A DNA stretch of 62,953 bases, filler included, from 4 parts of 4 records of this genome joined end to end with filler, not necessarily neighbours in it, one strand, 5' to 3'. Counted from the first letter of the whole stretch, positions 21,910 to 32,974 are shown. The notes: generated by a model from the letters alone, not told the origin. Translations and numbers: made by a program.

Positions 21910-23273
21910 ATGCGATCTACGGGAGGCATCCTTGTTGCGGGGGGCCTGACCAGCTCCATGGTCCTCGCAGCAATGGCGTGGAAGCGGAGCCTAGTTGCCG
22001 AAGCCTTGAACAAATCTCAGACTGCGTCCGGCATGCCATCTAGCTTGGTCCAACGAATTTTGCTTCAAAGGCAAAAGACATTTCATTCTGGGAGTGTGGA
22101 TTGTCACGTGGGGAGCTTCCCTGCAAATGAGCCTAGTGAAGATACCTATAGCGTTATGTATGATGCTAAGAGGAATCTGGGCGCCTTCGGGGTCTTTGAT
22201 GGTCATGGCGGTACTGCGGCTTCCAGCTATGCTGAAAGGTTCCTCTTGAAGCGTGTCGTGGGGGACTTTCCCAACAAGTACGTTGATTGTAATTTTGTTT
22301 GGAGGTGTGGTGCTGATGTGATCTCAAGGAAAAGTGCCACCACTGCAGAGTACAAAAAGGCGATGATTGACTCGTTTGAATACGCCGACCATGAGCTCTT
22401 GGAGCACTGTCTTCACTTTAAGGAGGGGTTTAATAACCAGGACCTATTCACCGGGGCGTGCCTCCTGTCCATGGTCGTGACGGACGAGAAGCTGGTGGTG
22501 GCCAGCGCGGGGGACTGCCGTGCCGTACTATGCAGGAGGGGCGTGGGGCCTGTGGAGCTGACGAAAGACCACAATGCAACCACAAACCCAGCAGAAGTGC
22601 AGCGTATCCGCCGGGAGCACCCCGAGGACCCTCTTGCAGTCTATCGTGGTCGCGTGCGCGGCAGCCTCCAGCCGACACGTGCTTTGGGCGACTTTATCTA
22701 CAAGCACAAGTTCATCCACCACAGCGTGATGAAGCAGACTGGCCGGGCCATATTCCAAGAGCCGTTCAACCCGCCGTACGTGACAGTCAGGCCGGACGTG
22801 GCCGTTCTTGAAAGGCAACGAGACGATCGGTTCGTAATATTGGCTACTGACGGACTGTGGTAAGTTGCTTGTAGGCAACTCCCAGGTGACCTGATGCTGA
22901 GTGCCAACGCTTATTTAGGGATTGTCTTTCCAACCGTGAAGCAGTGGATATTGTAGAGAGCTATGAGAGAAACGAGGGTAACGAGGACGTTGAGAATGCC
23001 GCGACGTTTTTGATACGGAAGGCGCTGGAGAAAGTGTGAGTCACATTGTGTTATGGATATGAAATACTTGGTGGCTGACTTCTGGGGACGCTCAGTGGGC
23101 GAGAGATCTTGCAGAAATCCGGGGCTTCTTCTCTTCAGGCATTGCAGGCCGTCGAGCAGATCCCAGCCAAAGTGCGGAGGAGCATGCACGATGATATGAC
23201 CGTTTCGGTGGTGTGGCTGAGCGATGACCACCCCGTTTCGCACAGCTCGGAGGCACCTCGGAGTCGATTGTAG
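21910..23273 (+). CDS. PP2C-family phosphatase (pyruvate dehydrogenase phosphatase-like); introns 22860-22918, 23036-23095 and probably 22278-22328
   Basis: FGVFDGHGG, AGDCRAVL, LQPTRALGD and ILATDGLW motifs. Splicing restores WDCLSN...NAATFLIRKAL...RRSMHDDMTVSVV, ending SRL-stop. Confidence 0.85.
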
Positions 23274-23455
23274 CTTCGCAGGTAGTTTTATTGCGTGTGG
23301 TGTGATGTGGCATGCGGACCCGCGGAGGCCAAGCCGTCGGTGTGGATCCACTCCGACGTGGCCCTCTCCTGGAGCGATAGCACTGGCTGACTGCCTTGCG
23401 CCGTGCTCCTGTTGGTTGCCTTGCTTTGATAAACAAACCGCCGTTTCAAGATCCA

Positions 23456-25032
23456 CTAGTGTAATTTAGGCAATAATATCGCCCGGGCGGAGCCCCTTGC
23501 TTCGTCTGCATTATCCACATCCCTCACGACAAGCCCGTCCTCTTCGGCTCCTTCCTCTGCCACACCCTCCATTGTCGGGGGAGCGCCATTCGCGGCATTT
23601 CCAAACAGGCTCCTCCCCTCGGCGATGGCCTGCAGCACCGGAACCACCCCCAGGTGCAAAGCAGTGATCACCAGCCCGACCAAGAACCCATATCCCGTTT
23701 CAAAGTACAATGAGGCGGCGGCGGTGCAAAATGTGACCAATCCATACTCTCTGTCAAGCACGCTCCCATCGACGCTTGACACGAGCACCTCTACGCCTGA
23801 GAACGCTAACATCATGCCCAGGATACTCTTAGGGTACACGTGCAGGAGGCCAAGAATGGACGTCCCCAGAAATACTCCTGCGAGTAGTTTCATCGTTCCA
23901 AGGAAAATAATGGACAGATTCGACCGCGCGCCGAACCGGTACTGGGCAGCCAGGCCACCGGCCCCATGGCAAGACGGGAGCGCTCCAAAGAGGGATGCGA
24001 TAACGTTGAACACGCCCAGCGAGCGGGTGACCCTCACGACGGGAATGTGGGCCCGCCGCTTGGGAAACAAGTCATGTGAAAGCCGGACGGTCGCGACGAC
24101 TGAATTCAAGGAGGTCAGGGGAAGCTGCGGCAGTGCCGCGACGGTGAGCGAACGCCAGAAGAAATCCTTCACGGGGATGTCCACGTAGCGCGGGTATGCG
24201 ACCGTAGGCCGCAGTTGAGTGAAGGCTGACGGCTCCACGATGATGGCGATAATTGCACCGAGAATGAATATGACCAGGGCTGTGGGGAAGCGATTGAACC
24301 GTGCCGTCAGAACAACCAGTACGGCCACCGCCACCGACGTGAGGCGGCTATCCCAACCGAACCAGTCCTTGTCTTCCCACGCCATCTTAAGACCTTTCTG
24401 TGCCACACTGATGCCCAAAGCAATTTGGATGCCTCGCACGCAAGCCATTGGAATCAAGCTCCTTTCCCCAAGGAGGCGAATCTCTCCCAGAAAAAGAATC
24501 ATCACTCCCACCCAGATTCCCGCAGCCAGTATTTCCTGCTGGGACAAGTTGTCGGATATTGCCGCCAGCGATATGGCCGTCATGGGCTGCACACACATCG
24601 GCACATAGAAGATTAGGCCGGTGAAAATATTAAACGCACCCGCCCAGATCAACACGGAGGGGAGATATATCTGCCCGTTACTTGCCCTGTAAGATGAATG
24701 ATTAGATTCTATTGTCGTCATCGCAGATACACATACAGGGTGGCAATGACGGGAAGAAACGAACCCAAGTCACCCACGGACCCGGAGAACTCCGCGAGAG
24801 TGGCCCGCCGACGCAGCCACCTCCACGTCCGCCGCGGCCCACAGGGGACGCTCAGGAAGCATTGACCCAGGTCCAGCTCCTCATCGAAGTCGTCAATGTC
24901 GTATTCGCCCTGGGAAGGGTGGCGCTCCCGGGGACCAGAAGATGGGGCTTCCTCCGCAGGGCGGCTGGCGGTGTTGCGCCTGTTAAGGACACCACCAGAG
25001 GAGGAAGACCCAGACAGCAGTGGCTCGTTCAT
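23456..25032 (-). CDS. Molybdate transporter, MOT1/MOT2 family; intron 24687-24736
   Basis: EFSGSVGDLGSFLP, PMCVQPMTAI, LPQLPLTSLNSVVA and CHGAGGLAAQYRFGARS signature motifs. N-terminal EPLL dileucine as in vacuolar MOT2. Confidence 0.9.
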
Positions 25033-25747
25033 TAAAATAGTGCGCGCTCCGATCCAGTCGTACCATACACAGTCTTCAAGCGCTATATATGTGTCGCGCC
25101 ACCCAAGCTCGGCGCGGGCCGGGCCGCAGTCGGCGCCGAGTCGCTCAGGGCTCACCGGCAGCCAAGTCAGGTGACTCGGCCGTGCGTGCTGGCGGGGCAG
25201 GGGTGGGACTGGACCGGCCGAGCTATCCCGCGACCCGTTGGTGCCGGCCAAGGCCCTGGCCGGCCTGGCGGCGGTGACGGAGCTGACCCGGTGCGGAGCT
25301 TGGGGCGGCGCGGTGACGCCTCCAGGTCAGCGGTTGGGCGCGACCGTCGTGTTCGGGTGATGAGTCACGAAGGGCTGTCGTCAGTGTGGCGTTCGGTTGC
25401 TATTTTCCGAGAGAGGATCGAGCGGCCAAGGCGGGGCCCGCCCGCGATGCGAGCGCTTCCCGGCTGGGGCCGCGCCGTGCGGCGGGGTCGAGCGGAGGCC
25501 GGCGGCATCGATTCGGTTCAATTGGATGTGGTACCAATCGTCCTCGAAACTGTGGAACCTGCGCCTGCTAAATGAATCATTTTCATGTCTAGGTTCCTCG
25601 AACCATCCCGTCCCGTGACTGTCCGATCACCCGCCCCCCGGCGCCGGTCTCCCCCCCCGCCCCGCCCCCCCCTTTCTTTTTTTTTTTCGGTTCCCCAACT
25701 TGGCCAGCGGCGGGTGGTTGGGGGGGTGGTTGGGGGTGGTTGGGGGG

Positions 25748-25847
25748 NNNNNNNNNNNNNNNNNNNNNNNNNNNNNNNNNNNNNNNNNNNNTTAATTAAT
25801 TAANNNNNNNNNNNNNNNNNNNNNNNNNNNNNNNNNNNNNNNNNNNN
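25748..25847. other. Artificial contig spacer (N-TTAATTAATTAA-N)
   Basis: N runs flanking an all-frame stop linker. Confidence 0.99.
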
Positions 25848-26309
25848 GCCGAACATGATGCCCTGATCGCCAGCGCCGACATCCTTGTTGCCGGCCTCGT
25901 CCACGCCAACGGCAATGTCGGCGGACTGGCCATGTAGCAGCACATCGATGCGGCAGGTCTTCCAGTGGAAGCCGGACTGCTCATAGCCAATGGCGCGGAT
26001 GGCCTTGCGGGCGGCAGACTTGAAGCGCGACGGATTGACCATCGGGGCGCCGGATGCGTCGGTGACGATCTGGCCGTCCTTGCCTTTTTTTAGAAGGGTT
26101 TGCGGCACGCGCACTTCACCGGCGATGACCACGCGATTGGTCGTTGCCAGGGTTTCGCAGGCGATGCGAACCTGGGAGGGGTCCATGCCGGCCTTCTTGG
26201 CCTCCCTGAACACCAGATCGACGATTTCGTCGGAGATACGGTCGCAAACCTTGTCGGGATGCCCCTCGGAAACGGATTCCGAGGTGAAGAGATAGTTGGA
26301 ACGGGCCAC
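25848..26309 (-). CDS. metK: S-adenosylmethionine synthetase, N-terminal part (truncated by contig end)
   Basis: GTG start with [30 protein letters not shown] and [10 protein letters not shown]. Confidence 0.97.
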
Positions 26310-26564
26310 GTTAAACCTCTTTGCAAGTGGCGAGGGCGCACGCGGAAGTGCGCGTGTCCGGACGTTTTGCCGGACACTTTCAGCCTTGTTATTCGCAGGT
26401 CCGGGCCGGGAAAGCAATAGCGATATAAAGAAAGCTTTATATGGAAACGCTGTCCGGAGCAGCAAGTCCTGCCCCTGGGCAGGGCAAGCCTTTCCGTGTG
26501 ATGCCTTTTCTTGGCCACCGCTCTGTGCCAAGGAAGGACCGGTTACAGACAAGCGGATGACAAT

Positions 26565-27179
26565 ATGGCCATCAGAGTGCATCGCGGCGATTTGCCCAAT
26601 CTTTCCAATTATGGCCGCGAGGTTGCGATCGACACCGAGACCATGGGCCTCAACCCGCATCGCGACCGGCTCTGCGTGGTGCAGCTCTCCCCGGGCGATG
26701 GCAGCGCCGATGTCGTGCAGATCCCCCAGGATGCGAGCGAGGCGCCGAACCTGGTCAAGCTCTTGTCCGACCCCGGCGTGACCAAGATTTTCCATTATGC
26801 GCGGTTCGACGTGGCCGTCCTGCAGAACCGTTTCGGCGTGGTGACCGGACCGGTCTATTGCACCAAGATCGCCTCCAAGCTGGTGCGCACCTATACCGAC
26901 CGGCATGGCCTGAAGGACCTGGTGCGTGAATTGTTGAGCGTGGACCTCAGCAAGCAGCAGCAAAGCTCGGACTGGGGCGGGGAAAAGCTGAGCGACGCGC
27001 AACTCGATTATGCGGCCTCCGACGTGCTCTATCTGCACGATCTGAAACGGCATCTGGATCGCATGCTGGCGCGCGAAGGCCGCACCGAGATCGCCAAATC
27101 CTGCTTCGAGTTCCTGCCCACGCGCTGCGCCCTGGATCTGTTGGGCTGGGAAGAAACCGACATTTTTGCCCATAGCTGA
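26565..27179 (+). CDS. rnd: Ribonuclease D (short 3'-5' exonuclease form)
   Basis: [10 protein letters not shown]...[28 protein letters not shown]. Confidence 0.92.
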   Translation: MAIRVHRGDLPNLSNYGREVAIDTETMGLNPHRDRLCVVQLSPGDGSADVVQIPQDASEAPNLVKLLSDPGVTKIFHYARFDVAVLQNRFGVVTGPVYCTKIASKLVRTYTDRHGLKDLVRELLSVDLSKQQQSSDWGGEKLSDAQLDYAASDVLYLHDLKRHLDRMLAREGRTEIAKSCFEFLPTRCALDLLGWEETDIFAHS

Positions 27180-27195
27180 GACCGGGTCGGGAGCC

Positions 27196-27840
27196 ATGCC
27201 TGCCGCCACCGCGCCACGCCGGATGTATGATCGCCTGGGGCGGCGCAACCGCATCGTGGCGATCTTGCGCCTGGGTGTGCCGCTCCTGGGCAGCATCGTG
27301 CTGGCCGGACTGCTGGTGCAGATTTATGTCTCGAGTTTTACCGGGCGGTTCAATATCGAGCAGATCAGCGTCACCCCCGATGCGGTGGTCATCGATGCGC
27401 CCGAATATGTGGGCACGCTGACTGATGGATCGTCCTATCGGGTCTGGGCGGAAACGGCGCGGGCGCGAGTGGAGCAGAGCAATCTGGTCGATCTGAGCAA
27501 TGCCAGGCTGGTGCTGAACCGGATCGATGGGGTGCAGTTGACCATGGAGGCCGCGGTGGCGCAGCTCGATACCGCCGCCCAGCTCACCCTGGTGCCGGGG
27601 CAGGCTGATGTCGCCGACAGCACGGGAACCACCGGCACGCTCAACAATTCAGTGTTTGACTGGAGCAACCAGCTTTTGACCAGCCGGGGCGCGGTTGCCA
27701 TCGACTATGCGGATGGCACGACCGTCCGGGCCGATGGCCTCGTCTATGATGCGAGCACCATTATCTGGACTTTCTCCGGGTCGACGATCACCCTGCCCTC
27801 GACACCCGGCGAGGCCGATTCCGAAGCCAATGGAGAATGA
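27196..27840 (+). CDS. lptC: LPS export ABC transporter periplasmic protein LptC
   Basis: Single N-terminal TM helix plus beta-rich domain, directly upstream of lptA/lptB. Confidence 0.75.
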   Translation: MPAATAPRRMYDRLGRRNRIVAILRLGVPLLGSIVLAGLLVQIYVSSFTGRFNIEQISVTPDAVVIDAPEYVGTLTDGSSYRVWAETARARVEQSNLVDLSNARLVLNRIDGVQLTMEAAVAQLDTAAQLTLVPGQADVADSTGTTGTLNNSVFDWSNQLLTSRGAVAIDYADGTTVRADGLVYDASTIIWTFSGSTITLPSTPGEADSEANGE

Positions 27841-28304
27841 AGGCCATGAAGCGGGCCTGCCTGATCGCCCTGACCACCATGCTGCTGCTGGCATCGCCGG
27901 CGCTGGCGCAGAACCGCGTCGAAATCACCGCCGACCAGACGGTGATGAATGACAGCGCCCGCGAAGTAACCTTTACCGGCGATGTGATCGTGATCCATCC
28001 CAGTGTCACGGTCTGGGCGCCCAAAGTGATCGCCACCTATGGCGAGGGCGGCACCACCGATATCAAGACCTTCGTGGCCACGGGCGGCAATGTGCGGCTC
28101 AAGACCGATGAGCAGGACGCCACGGGCGAACATGCCGTCTATACACCAGGCGACCAATTGCTGCGCCTGACCGGTAATGTGGTGGTCAACAACGCCAGCG
28201 GCACGGTCAATGCCACCGAATTGGTGGTGAACCTGGCCACTAATGTGTCGACCTTTACCAGCGGCGGCGGCGGACGGGTGACCGGGGTCTTTACCTCGCA
28301 ATGA
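27837..28304 (+). CDS. lptA: LptA/OstA family LPS transport protein
   Basis: Signal peptide; VEITAD...FTGDVIV, ATGEHAVY, LTGNVVV, GRVTGVF. Confidence 0.9.
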   Translation: MKAMKRACLIALTTMLLLASPALAQNRVEITADQTVMNDSAREVTFTGDVIVIHPSVTVWAPKVIATYGEGGTTDIKTFVATGGNVRLKTDEQDATGEHAVYTPGDQLLRLTGNVVVNNASGTVNATELVVNLATNVSTFTSGGGGRVTGVFTSQ

Positions 28305-29056
28305 GTGATCCGTCCCGCCCCCGCATCGACCAGACAGGCTGGCTGGTGGCCCATGGCCTGGCCAAGAGCTTTGGCAAGCGCGAAGTGGTGCGCGACGTTT
28401 CGCTGGCGGTGCGCCGGGGCGAGGCTGTCGGGCTGCTTGGCCCCAATGGGGCGGGCAAGACCACGGTCTTCACCATGATCATGGGGCTGGTCAAACCCAA
28501 TGCGGGCAAGATCCTGCTCGATGGACTGGACATTACCCGGCTGCCGCTGTTCCAGCGCGGCCAGCTTGGTATCGGCTACCTGCCCCAGGAACCCTCGATC
28601 TTTCGCGGATTGACGGTGACCGGCAATATCATGGCGGTGCTGGAAAACACGGTGCGCGACAGAACCGAGCGCAAGCAACGGCTGGAAGCGCTGCTCGACG
28701 AATTTTCCATCACCCATATCGCCAAGTCCAATGCGCTGGCGCTATCGGGCGGCGAGCGGCGTCGCGTGGAAATTGCCCGGGCCTTGGCCGCCGACCCCGG
28801 CTTCATGCTGCTCGACGAACCTTTTGCCGGCGTTGACCCCATTGCGGTTGCCGAAGTCAAAGGGCTGGTGCGGCAATTGACGCAGCGCGGCATTGGCGTG
28901 TTGATTACCGACCATGCGGTGCGCGAAACGCTGGGGCTGGTCGACCGGGCCTATCTCATTCACGGCGGCAAGGTGATGATCCAGGGCAAGCCGGAAACCA
29001 TTTCGGCAGACCCTGAGGCGCGGCGGGTTTATCTGGGCGAGAGTTTCTCGATCTAG
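28301..29056 (+). CDS. lptB: LPS export ABC transporter ATP-binding protein
   Basis: GPNGAGKTT, YLPQEPSIFR, LSGGERRRVEIARAL, LLDEPFAGVDP. Confidence 0.97.
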   Translation: MSDPSRPRIDQTGWLVAHGLAKSFGKREVVRDVSLAVRRGEAVGLLGPNGAGKTTVFTMIMGLVKPNAGKILLDGLDITRLPLFQRGQLGIGYLPQEPSIFRGLTVTGNIMAVLENTVRDRTERKQRLEALLDEFSITHIAKSNALALSGGERRRVEIARALAADPGFMLLDEPFAGVDPIAVAEVKGLVRQLTQRGIGVLITDHAVRETLGLVDRAYLIHGGKVMIQGKPETISADPEARRVYLGESFSI

Positions 29057-29087
29057 AGGCTCACGAAAGCGTCACAGAGCCAGCATC

Positions 29088-29102
29088 TGGCACGAAACTT
29101 GC
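29088..29102 (+). promoter_or_regulatory. Sigma-54 -24/-12 box upstream of rpoN
   Basis: TGGCAC-GAAAC-TTGC matches the TGGCAC-N5-TTGC consensus. Confidence 0.65.
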
Positions 29103-29186
29103 CGAGATGACAGATTTGAGTCATGGTCCGGGCGGGAAGCAGCCGCAAGCGGCTGGAGAATTTTTGCACGCAAGGGCCCTTAACGC

Positions 29187-30713
29187 ATGGCGCTTTCGCC
29201 ACGGCTGGAGTTTCGTCAGTCTCAAAGCCTGACCCTGACGCCACAATTGATGCAGTCGATCCGGCTGCTGCAGCTCAGCCATCTCGAACTCAATGATTTC
29301 GTTGATGCCGAACTTTTGCGCAATCCGATCCTGGAGCGCGAAGAGGGCGGGGACGATGCCGAACCGGCCGAGGCGCCCGAAAAGCGCACCGAGATGAGTG
29401 CCTATGAGGATACGGTGGCCCAGGGCGACCGCATCAAGGATGCCGACCAGATCGCCGAGGGCTATGATACCGCGGTGGACAATGTGTTTCCTGATGCCGG
29501 ACAGGAACTTGGCCGGATTGTCGGACCGGACCGCAATGGCAGTTTCGAAGGCGGCGAGGCGCCCGACCTTGACCAGTATGTCGCCAGCCGGCCGCGCCTG
29601 TCCGATCATCTCGAAGCCCAGGCGCATATGGTGCTGCGCACCCCGGCAGACCGGCTGATTGCCCAGCATCTGATCGATGGAATCAATGAGGCCGGCTATC
29701 TGGTGGTCGAGCTCGATGCCATTGCCGATTTGCTGGGCGCCGAACTGGCCGATGTCGAAGCGGTGCTCGAAGCCCTGCAAACCTGTGATCCGGCGGGGAT
29801 CTTTGCCCGCGACGTTGCCGAATGCCTCTCGATCCAATTGCGCGAACGCGACCGGCTCGACCCGATCATGCAAAAGCTGATCGAAAACCTGCCGCTCCTA
29901 GCCGAACACAATATACCCGCCCTGCTCAAGGCGGTGGGCTGCGATCGCGAAGACCTTGCCGACATGCTGGCCGAGATCAGGCTGCTTGATCCCAGACCCG
30001 GGCTGGCCTTTGACAGCGGACCGGTCGAAACGGTTGTGCCCGATGTCTTCGTGCGCCCCGGGCCCGACGGGGGCTGGCAGATCGAGCTCAACAGCGAAGT
30101 GTTGCCACGCGTGCTGGTCAACCGGGTCTATTATGCGACAGTCTCGAAAAAGACCCGCGATGCGACCGAAAAGACGTTCCTGGCCGATTGCCTGAGCACA
30201 GCCAACTGGCTGACCAAGAGCCTGGACCAGCGCGCCCAGACCATCACCAAGGTGGCGGCGGAAATCGTGCGCCAGCAGGACGGGTTCCTGACCCATGGGG
30301 TGGCGCATCTCAAACCCATGACGCTCAAAATGGTGGCCGAAACCATCGACATGCATGAATCCACGGTCAGCCGCGTGACTTCGAACAAATATATGGCCAC
30401 GCCGCGGGGCCTGTATGAAATGAAGTATTTTTTCACCACTGCGATTGCCTCGGCGACCGGCGGGGTCGACCATTCGGCAGAAGCGGTGCGTCACCGGATC
30501 AGGCAGCTCATCGATGCCGAACCGGCCAGCGCCATCCTGTCGGACGATACGATTGCCGAAATGCTGCGCAAGGAACAGGGGATCGATGTGGCGCGCCGCA
30601 CGGTCGCCAAATATCGCGAGGGAATGAACATTCCCTCCTCGGTGATCCGGCGCCGGCAGAAGAAAGACTTCGATGCGGCGGCACGTCAATTCGCTCCAGT
30701 GGAACGAATTTAG
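29187..30713 (+). CDS. rpoN: RNA polymerase sigma-54 factor
   Basis: LTPQLMQSIRLLQL, HESTVSR and RpoN box ARRTVAKYRE. Confidence 0.98.
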   Translation: MALSPRLEFRQSQSLTLTPQLMQSIRLLQLSHLELNDFVDAELLRNPILEREEGGDDAEPAEAPEKRTEMSAYEDTVAQGDRIKDADQIAEGYDTAVDNVFPDAGQELGRIVGPDRNGSFEGGEAPDLDQYVASRPRLSDHLEAQAHMVLRTPADRLIAQHLIDGINEAGYLVVELDAIADLLGAELADVEAVLEALQTCDPAGIFARDVAECLSIQLRERDRLDPIMQKLIENLPLLAEHNIPALLKAVGCDREDLADMLAEIRLLDPRPGLAFDSGPVETVVPDVFVRPGPDGGWQIELNSEVLPRVLVNRVYYATVSKKTRDATEKTFLADCLSTANWLTKSLDQRAQTITKVAAEIVRQQDGFLTHGVAHLKPMTLKMVAETIDMHESTVSRVTSNKYMATPRGLYEMKYFFTTAIASATGGVDHSAEAVRHRIRQLIDAEPASAILSDDTIAEMLRKEQGIDVARRTVAKYREGMNIPSSVIRRRQKKDFDAAARQFAPVERI

Positions 30714-30994
30714 CCGAGAGGGCCATCAGGGCTGCGCCCGAATGGCCAGGCGCGCATCGTCTGACCGGCGCCAAATCATCCGAGCGGAACGGTAAGTGGC
30801 AGGTTCGTGGCTGTCACGCCTTTTGTTGCCAATTGTGCCTGTTGTTGCGCATGGACAGCGTGAAGGGCCGGGTCTAGCATCCTTGCTGTCGGCACCCCAT
30901 GTCTGGGTGGTCGGCAGACGCAGGTCCCGTGAAGCCGGGAGCGGCTTTTTCGGAACTCTCGTGTCGAGCCAAACGACCGAAAGGAACAAGAGCC

Positions 30995-31573
30995 ATGACC
31001 CTACGCGTTTCGGGAAAGAACATGGATGTTGGCGAGGCCCTCCGGGGCAAGGCGGAGGAGCACTTCACCTTAGTAGTCGGAAAATATTTCGACGGCGGCT
31101 ATGACGGCCATCTCACCCTCACACCGGACGGTATCGGTTTTCGCGCCGATTGCGTTGTGCACCTGGATTCGGGGGCAACGCTGCAGGCCAGCGCCCAGGC
31201 AGGCGACGCCACCAGCGCCTTTGAAGTCATGGCGCTCAATATCGAGAAGCGCCTGCGCCGCTATAACCGCAAGCTCAAGCAGCACCGCCGGGGCAATGGC
31301 GCCAACGGCATTGACGGATTGACCGCGCAATACACCGTGTTCGGCTCGACAGACGAATATGACGAGCTCGACGAAGATTTCGCACCGGCCGTGATCGCGG
31401 AAGCCACCAAGAATTTGCGCGAGATGAGCGTGGAGGAAGCGGTGATGGAGCTCGATTTCTCTGGACAACAGGTCGTGATGTTCCGCCATGCTGGACATGG
31501 CGGGCTGAATGTGGTTTACCGCCGCGCAGATGGCAATATTGGCTGGGTTGATCCGGCCCTGAGCGCAAATTGA
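30995..31573 (+). CDS. hpf: Ribosome hibernation promoting factor (long HPF/RaiA)
   Basis: MTLRVSGKNMDVGEALR, IEKRLRRY, NVVYRRADGNIGWVDP; follows rpoN. Confidence 0.93.
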   Translation: MTLRVSGKNMDVGEALRGKAEEHFTLVVGKYFDGGYDGHLTLTPDGIGFRADCVVHLDSGATLQASAQAGDATSAFEVMALNIEKRLRRYNRKLKQHRRGNGANGIDGLTAQYTVFGSTDEYDELDEDFAPAVIAEATKNLREMSVEEAVMELDFSGQQVVMFRHAGHGGLNVVYRRADGNIGWVDPALSAN

Positions 31574-31620
31574 CTGGCGCTCCCTAAGCCCGAACGCTTG
31601 GTAGATCCTAAGGCAGATTT

Positions 31621-32088
31621 ATGGAATTGGCCGATATTCTGGCAAAGCACGCCGTGCTGACTTGCACAGGCGTGTCTGACAAACGCCAGATCTTTGATAT
31701 TCTTGCACAAAAGGCCGCAGAACTGACTGCTTTTCCTGCCAGCCAAATCCTTTCGACCCTGTTGGGCCGGGAGGAGCTTGGCTCGACGGGCCTGGGCAAT
31801 GGCATTGCCATTCCGCATGGCAAGATCCAGGGGCTCAAGGGCGTGACCGCCATATTTGCCCGGCTCGACCAGCCGATCGAGTTCGATTCGGTGGATGACG
31901 AACCGGTGGATCTGGTGGTGATGCTGCTCGCCCCGGTGGGTGCCGGGGCGGACCATCTGAAGGCCCTGTCGCGCTTCGCCCGCCTGCTGCGGACCGACAG
32001 CGTGACCGACCAATTGCGCCGCGAAACCGATCCCACGCAATTGCATGCGATCCTGACCGCGCCGCTGGAAGACACTTACGCGGCCTGA
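31621..32088 (+). CDS. ptsN: PTS IIA-like nitrogen regulatory protein
   Basis: REELGSTGLGNGIAIPHGK and GADHLKALSR. Confidence 0.95.
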   Translation: MELADILAKHAVLTCTGVSDKRQIFDILAQKAAELTAFPASQILSTLLGREELGSTGLGNGIAIPHGKIQGLKGVTAIFARLDQPIEFDSVDDEPVDLVVMLLAPVGAGADHLKALSRFARLLRTDSVTDQLRRETDPTQLHAILTAPLEDTYAA

Positions 32089-32109
32089 CCGGCCCGACGA
32101 CGAGACAAC

Positions 32110-32143
32110 AAAAAACCCCCGCAGTCCGGCTGCGGGGGTTTTG
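32110..32143. terminator. Bidirectional rho-independent terminator between ptsN and the DUF1150 gene
   Basis: AAAACCCCCGCAG-tccgg-CTGCGGGGGTTTT hairpin flanked by A and T tracts, between convergent genes. Confidence 0.9.
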
Positions 32144-32171
32144 CTTTGTCCGGAGGTTTGGGCGGGCCAGG

Positions 32172-32456
32172 CTAGTGCAGGGTGGCCACGCCGATATTCT
32201 GGTCGCCGAGCCATTCGGCGACGGCTTCTGTGGTGTCAGCCACCATCAGCGGCGTGCCATCGGCCGACATCACCAATTGATATTGGGTTGTGCCATCGAA
32301 CTCGGCATCCTCGATCAGGCCCGCAAGCAAGAGGCCGGAAACCGGTTTGACATAAGCGACGGCGTCCCCGCCCAGCGCTGCGAATTGCGCGCGCGTCAGG
32401 TCCTTGAGCGGGTTGGCGGCATCCATGGCCGCTTCGGAATTGCGCTTGTCCATCAT
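32172..32456 (-). CDS. DUF1150 family small protein
   Basis: FAALGGDAVAYVKPV...SADGTPL...VATLH; typical partner downstream of alphaproteobacterial ibpA. Confidence 0.8.
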   Translation of the reverse strand: MMDKRNSEAAMDAANPLKDLTRAQFAALGGDAVAYVKPVSGLLLAGLIEDAEFDGTTQYQLVMSADGTPLMVADTTEAVAEWLGDQNIGVATLH

Positions 32457-32481
32457 AGTGTCGGCCCTTTCTACTGTTTCC

Positions 32482-32901
32482 TCAAACTGAGCGAATGTCG
32501 ATCTGTCGGGCGATCTTGGGCGCCGGTGGGCGCTCAAGCATAATAACGAGCATACCATGCCCCAGAGTTGCATCCTTCACATTCATGCCATCGGCAAGAA
32601 GGAAGGTGCGCTGGAACTGGCGGGCCGCGATCCCGCGATGCAGGAAGTCACGACCGGGTTCGTCCTTCTGGCGGCCGCGCACCTGCAACTGGTTGTCCTC
32701 CACACTCACCTCGAGGTCGGATTGAGCAAATCCGGCCACGGCGATGGAGATGTGGAACCTCTCGGCTCCGTCCTCGCCCGTGGTGCGTTCTATATTATAG
32801 GGAGGATAGCCCTCCGCTGACCGGGTCAACCGGTCGATACGCTCCTCGAAACTGTCGAAACCGAGGAGAAAGGGGGCGGAAAACACCGAGATACGCGACA
32901 T
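32482..32901 (-). CDS. ibpA: Small heat-shock protein, Hsp20/IbpA family
   Basis: YPPYNIER, AVAGF, FLHRGIAARQFQRTFLLADG. Confidence 0.93.
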   Translation of the reverse strand: MSRISVFSAPFLLGFDSFEERIDRLTRSAEGYPPYNIERTTGEDGAERFHISIAVAGFAQSDLEVSVEDNQLQVRGRQKDEPGRDFLHRGIAARQFQRTFLLADGMNVKDATLGHGMLVIMLERPPAPKIARQIDIRSV

Positions 32902-32974
32902 CAAAAGCGTCCTTGAGCATCAAGCAACGTCTGGTGCGCGACCCGTAAACTCTGGCATCGCGAACCTGCCAGAG
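32902..32974 (-). promoter_or_regulatory. ROSE-type RNA thermometer in the ibpA 5' UTR
   Basis: On the minus strand GTTGCTTGA-tgc-TCAAGGAC pairs the U(U/C)GCU motif against the AGGA SD with a bulged G. It is preceded by hairpin CTCTGGCA...TGCCAGAG. Confidence 0.75.

Noticed and set aside
25600-25747. G/C-rich tracts and homopolymers at contig ends (also 1-24, 36200-36220, 49340-49361, 49462-49492) as telomeres or elements
   Set aside because: No regular telomeric array; most simply low-complexity sequence where the assembly broke.
25792-25803. TTAATTAATTAA palindrome occurring three times in the window
   Set aside because: Artificial contig linker, not biology.
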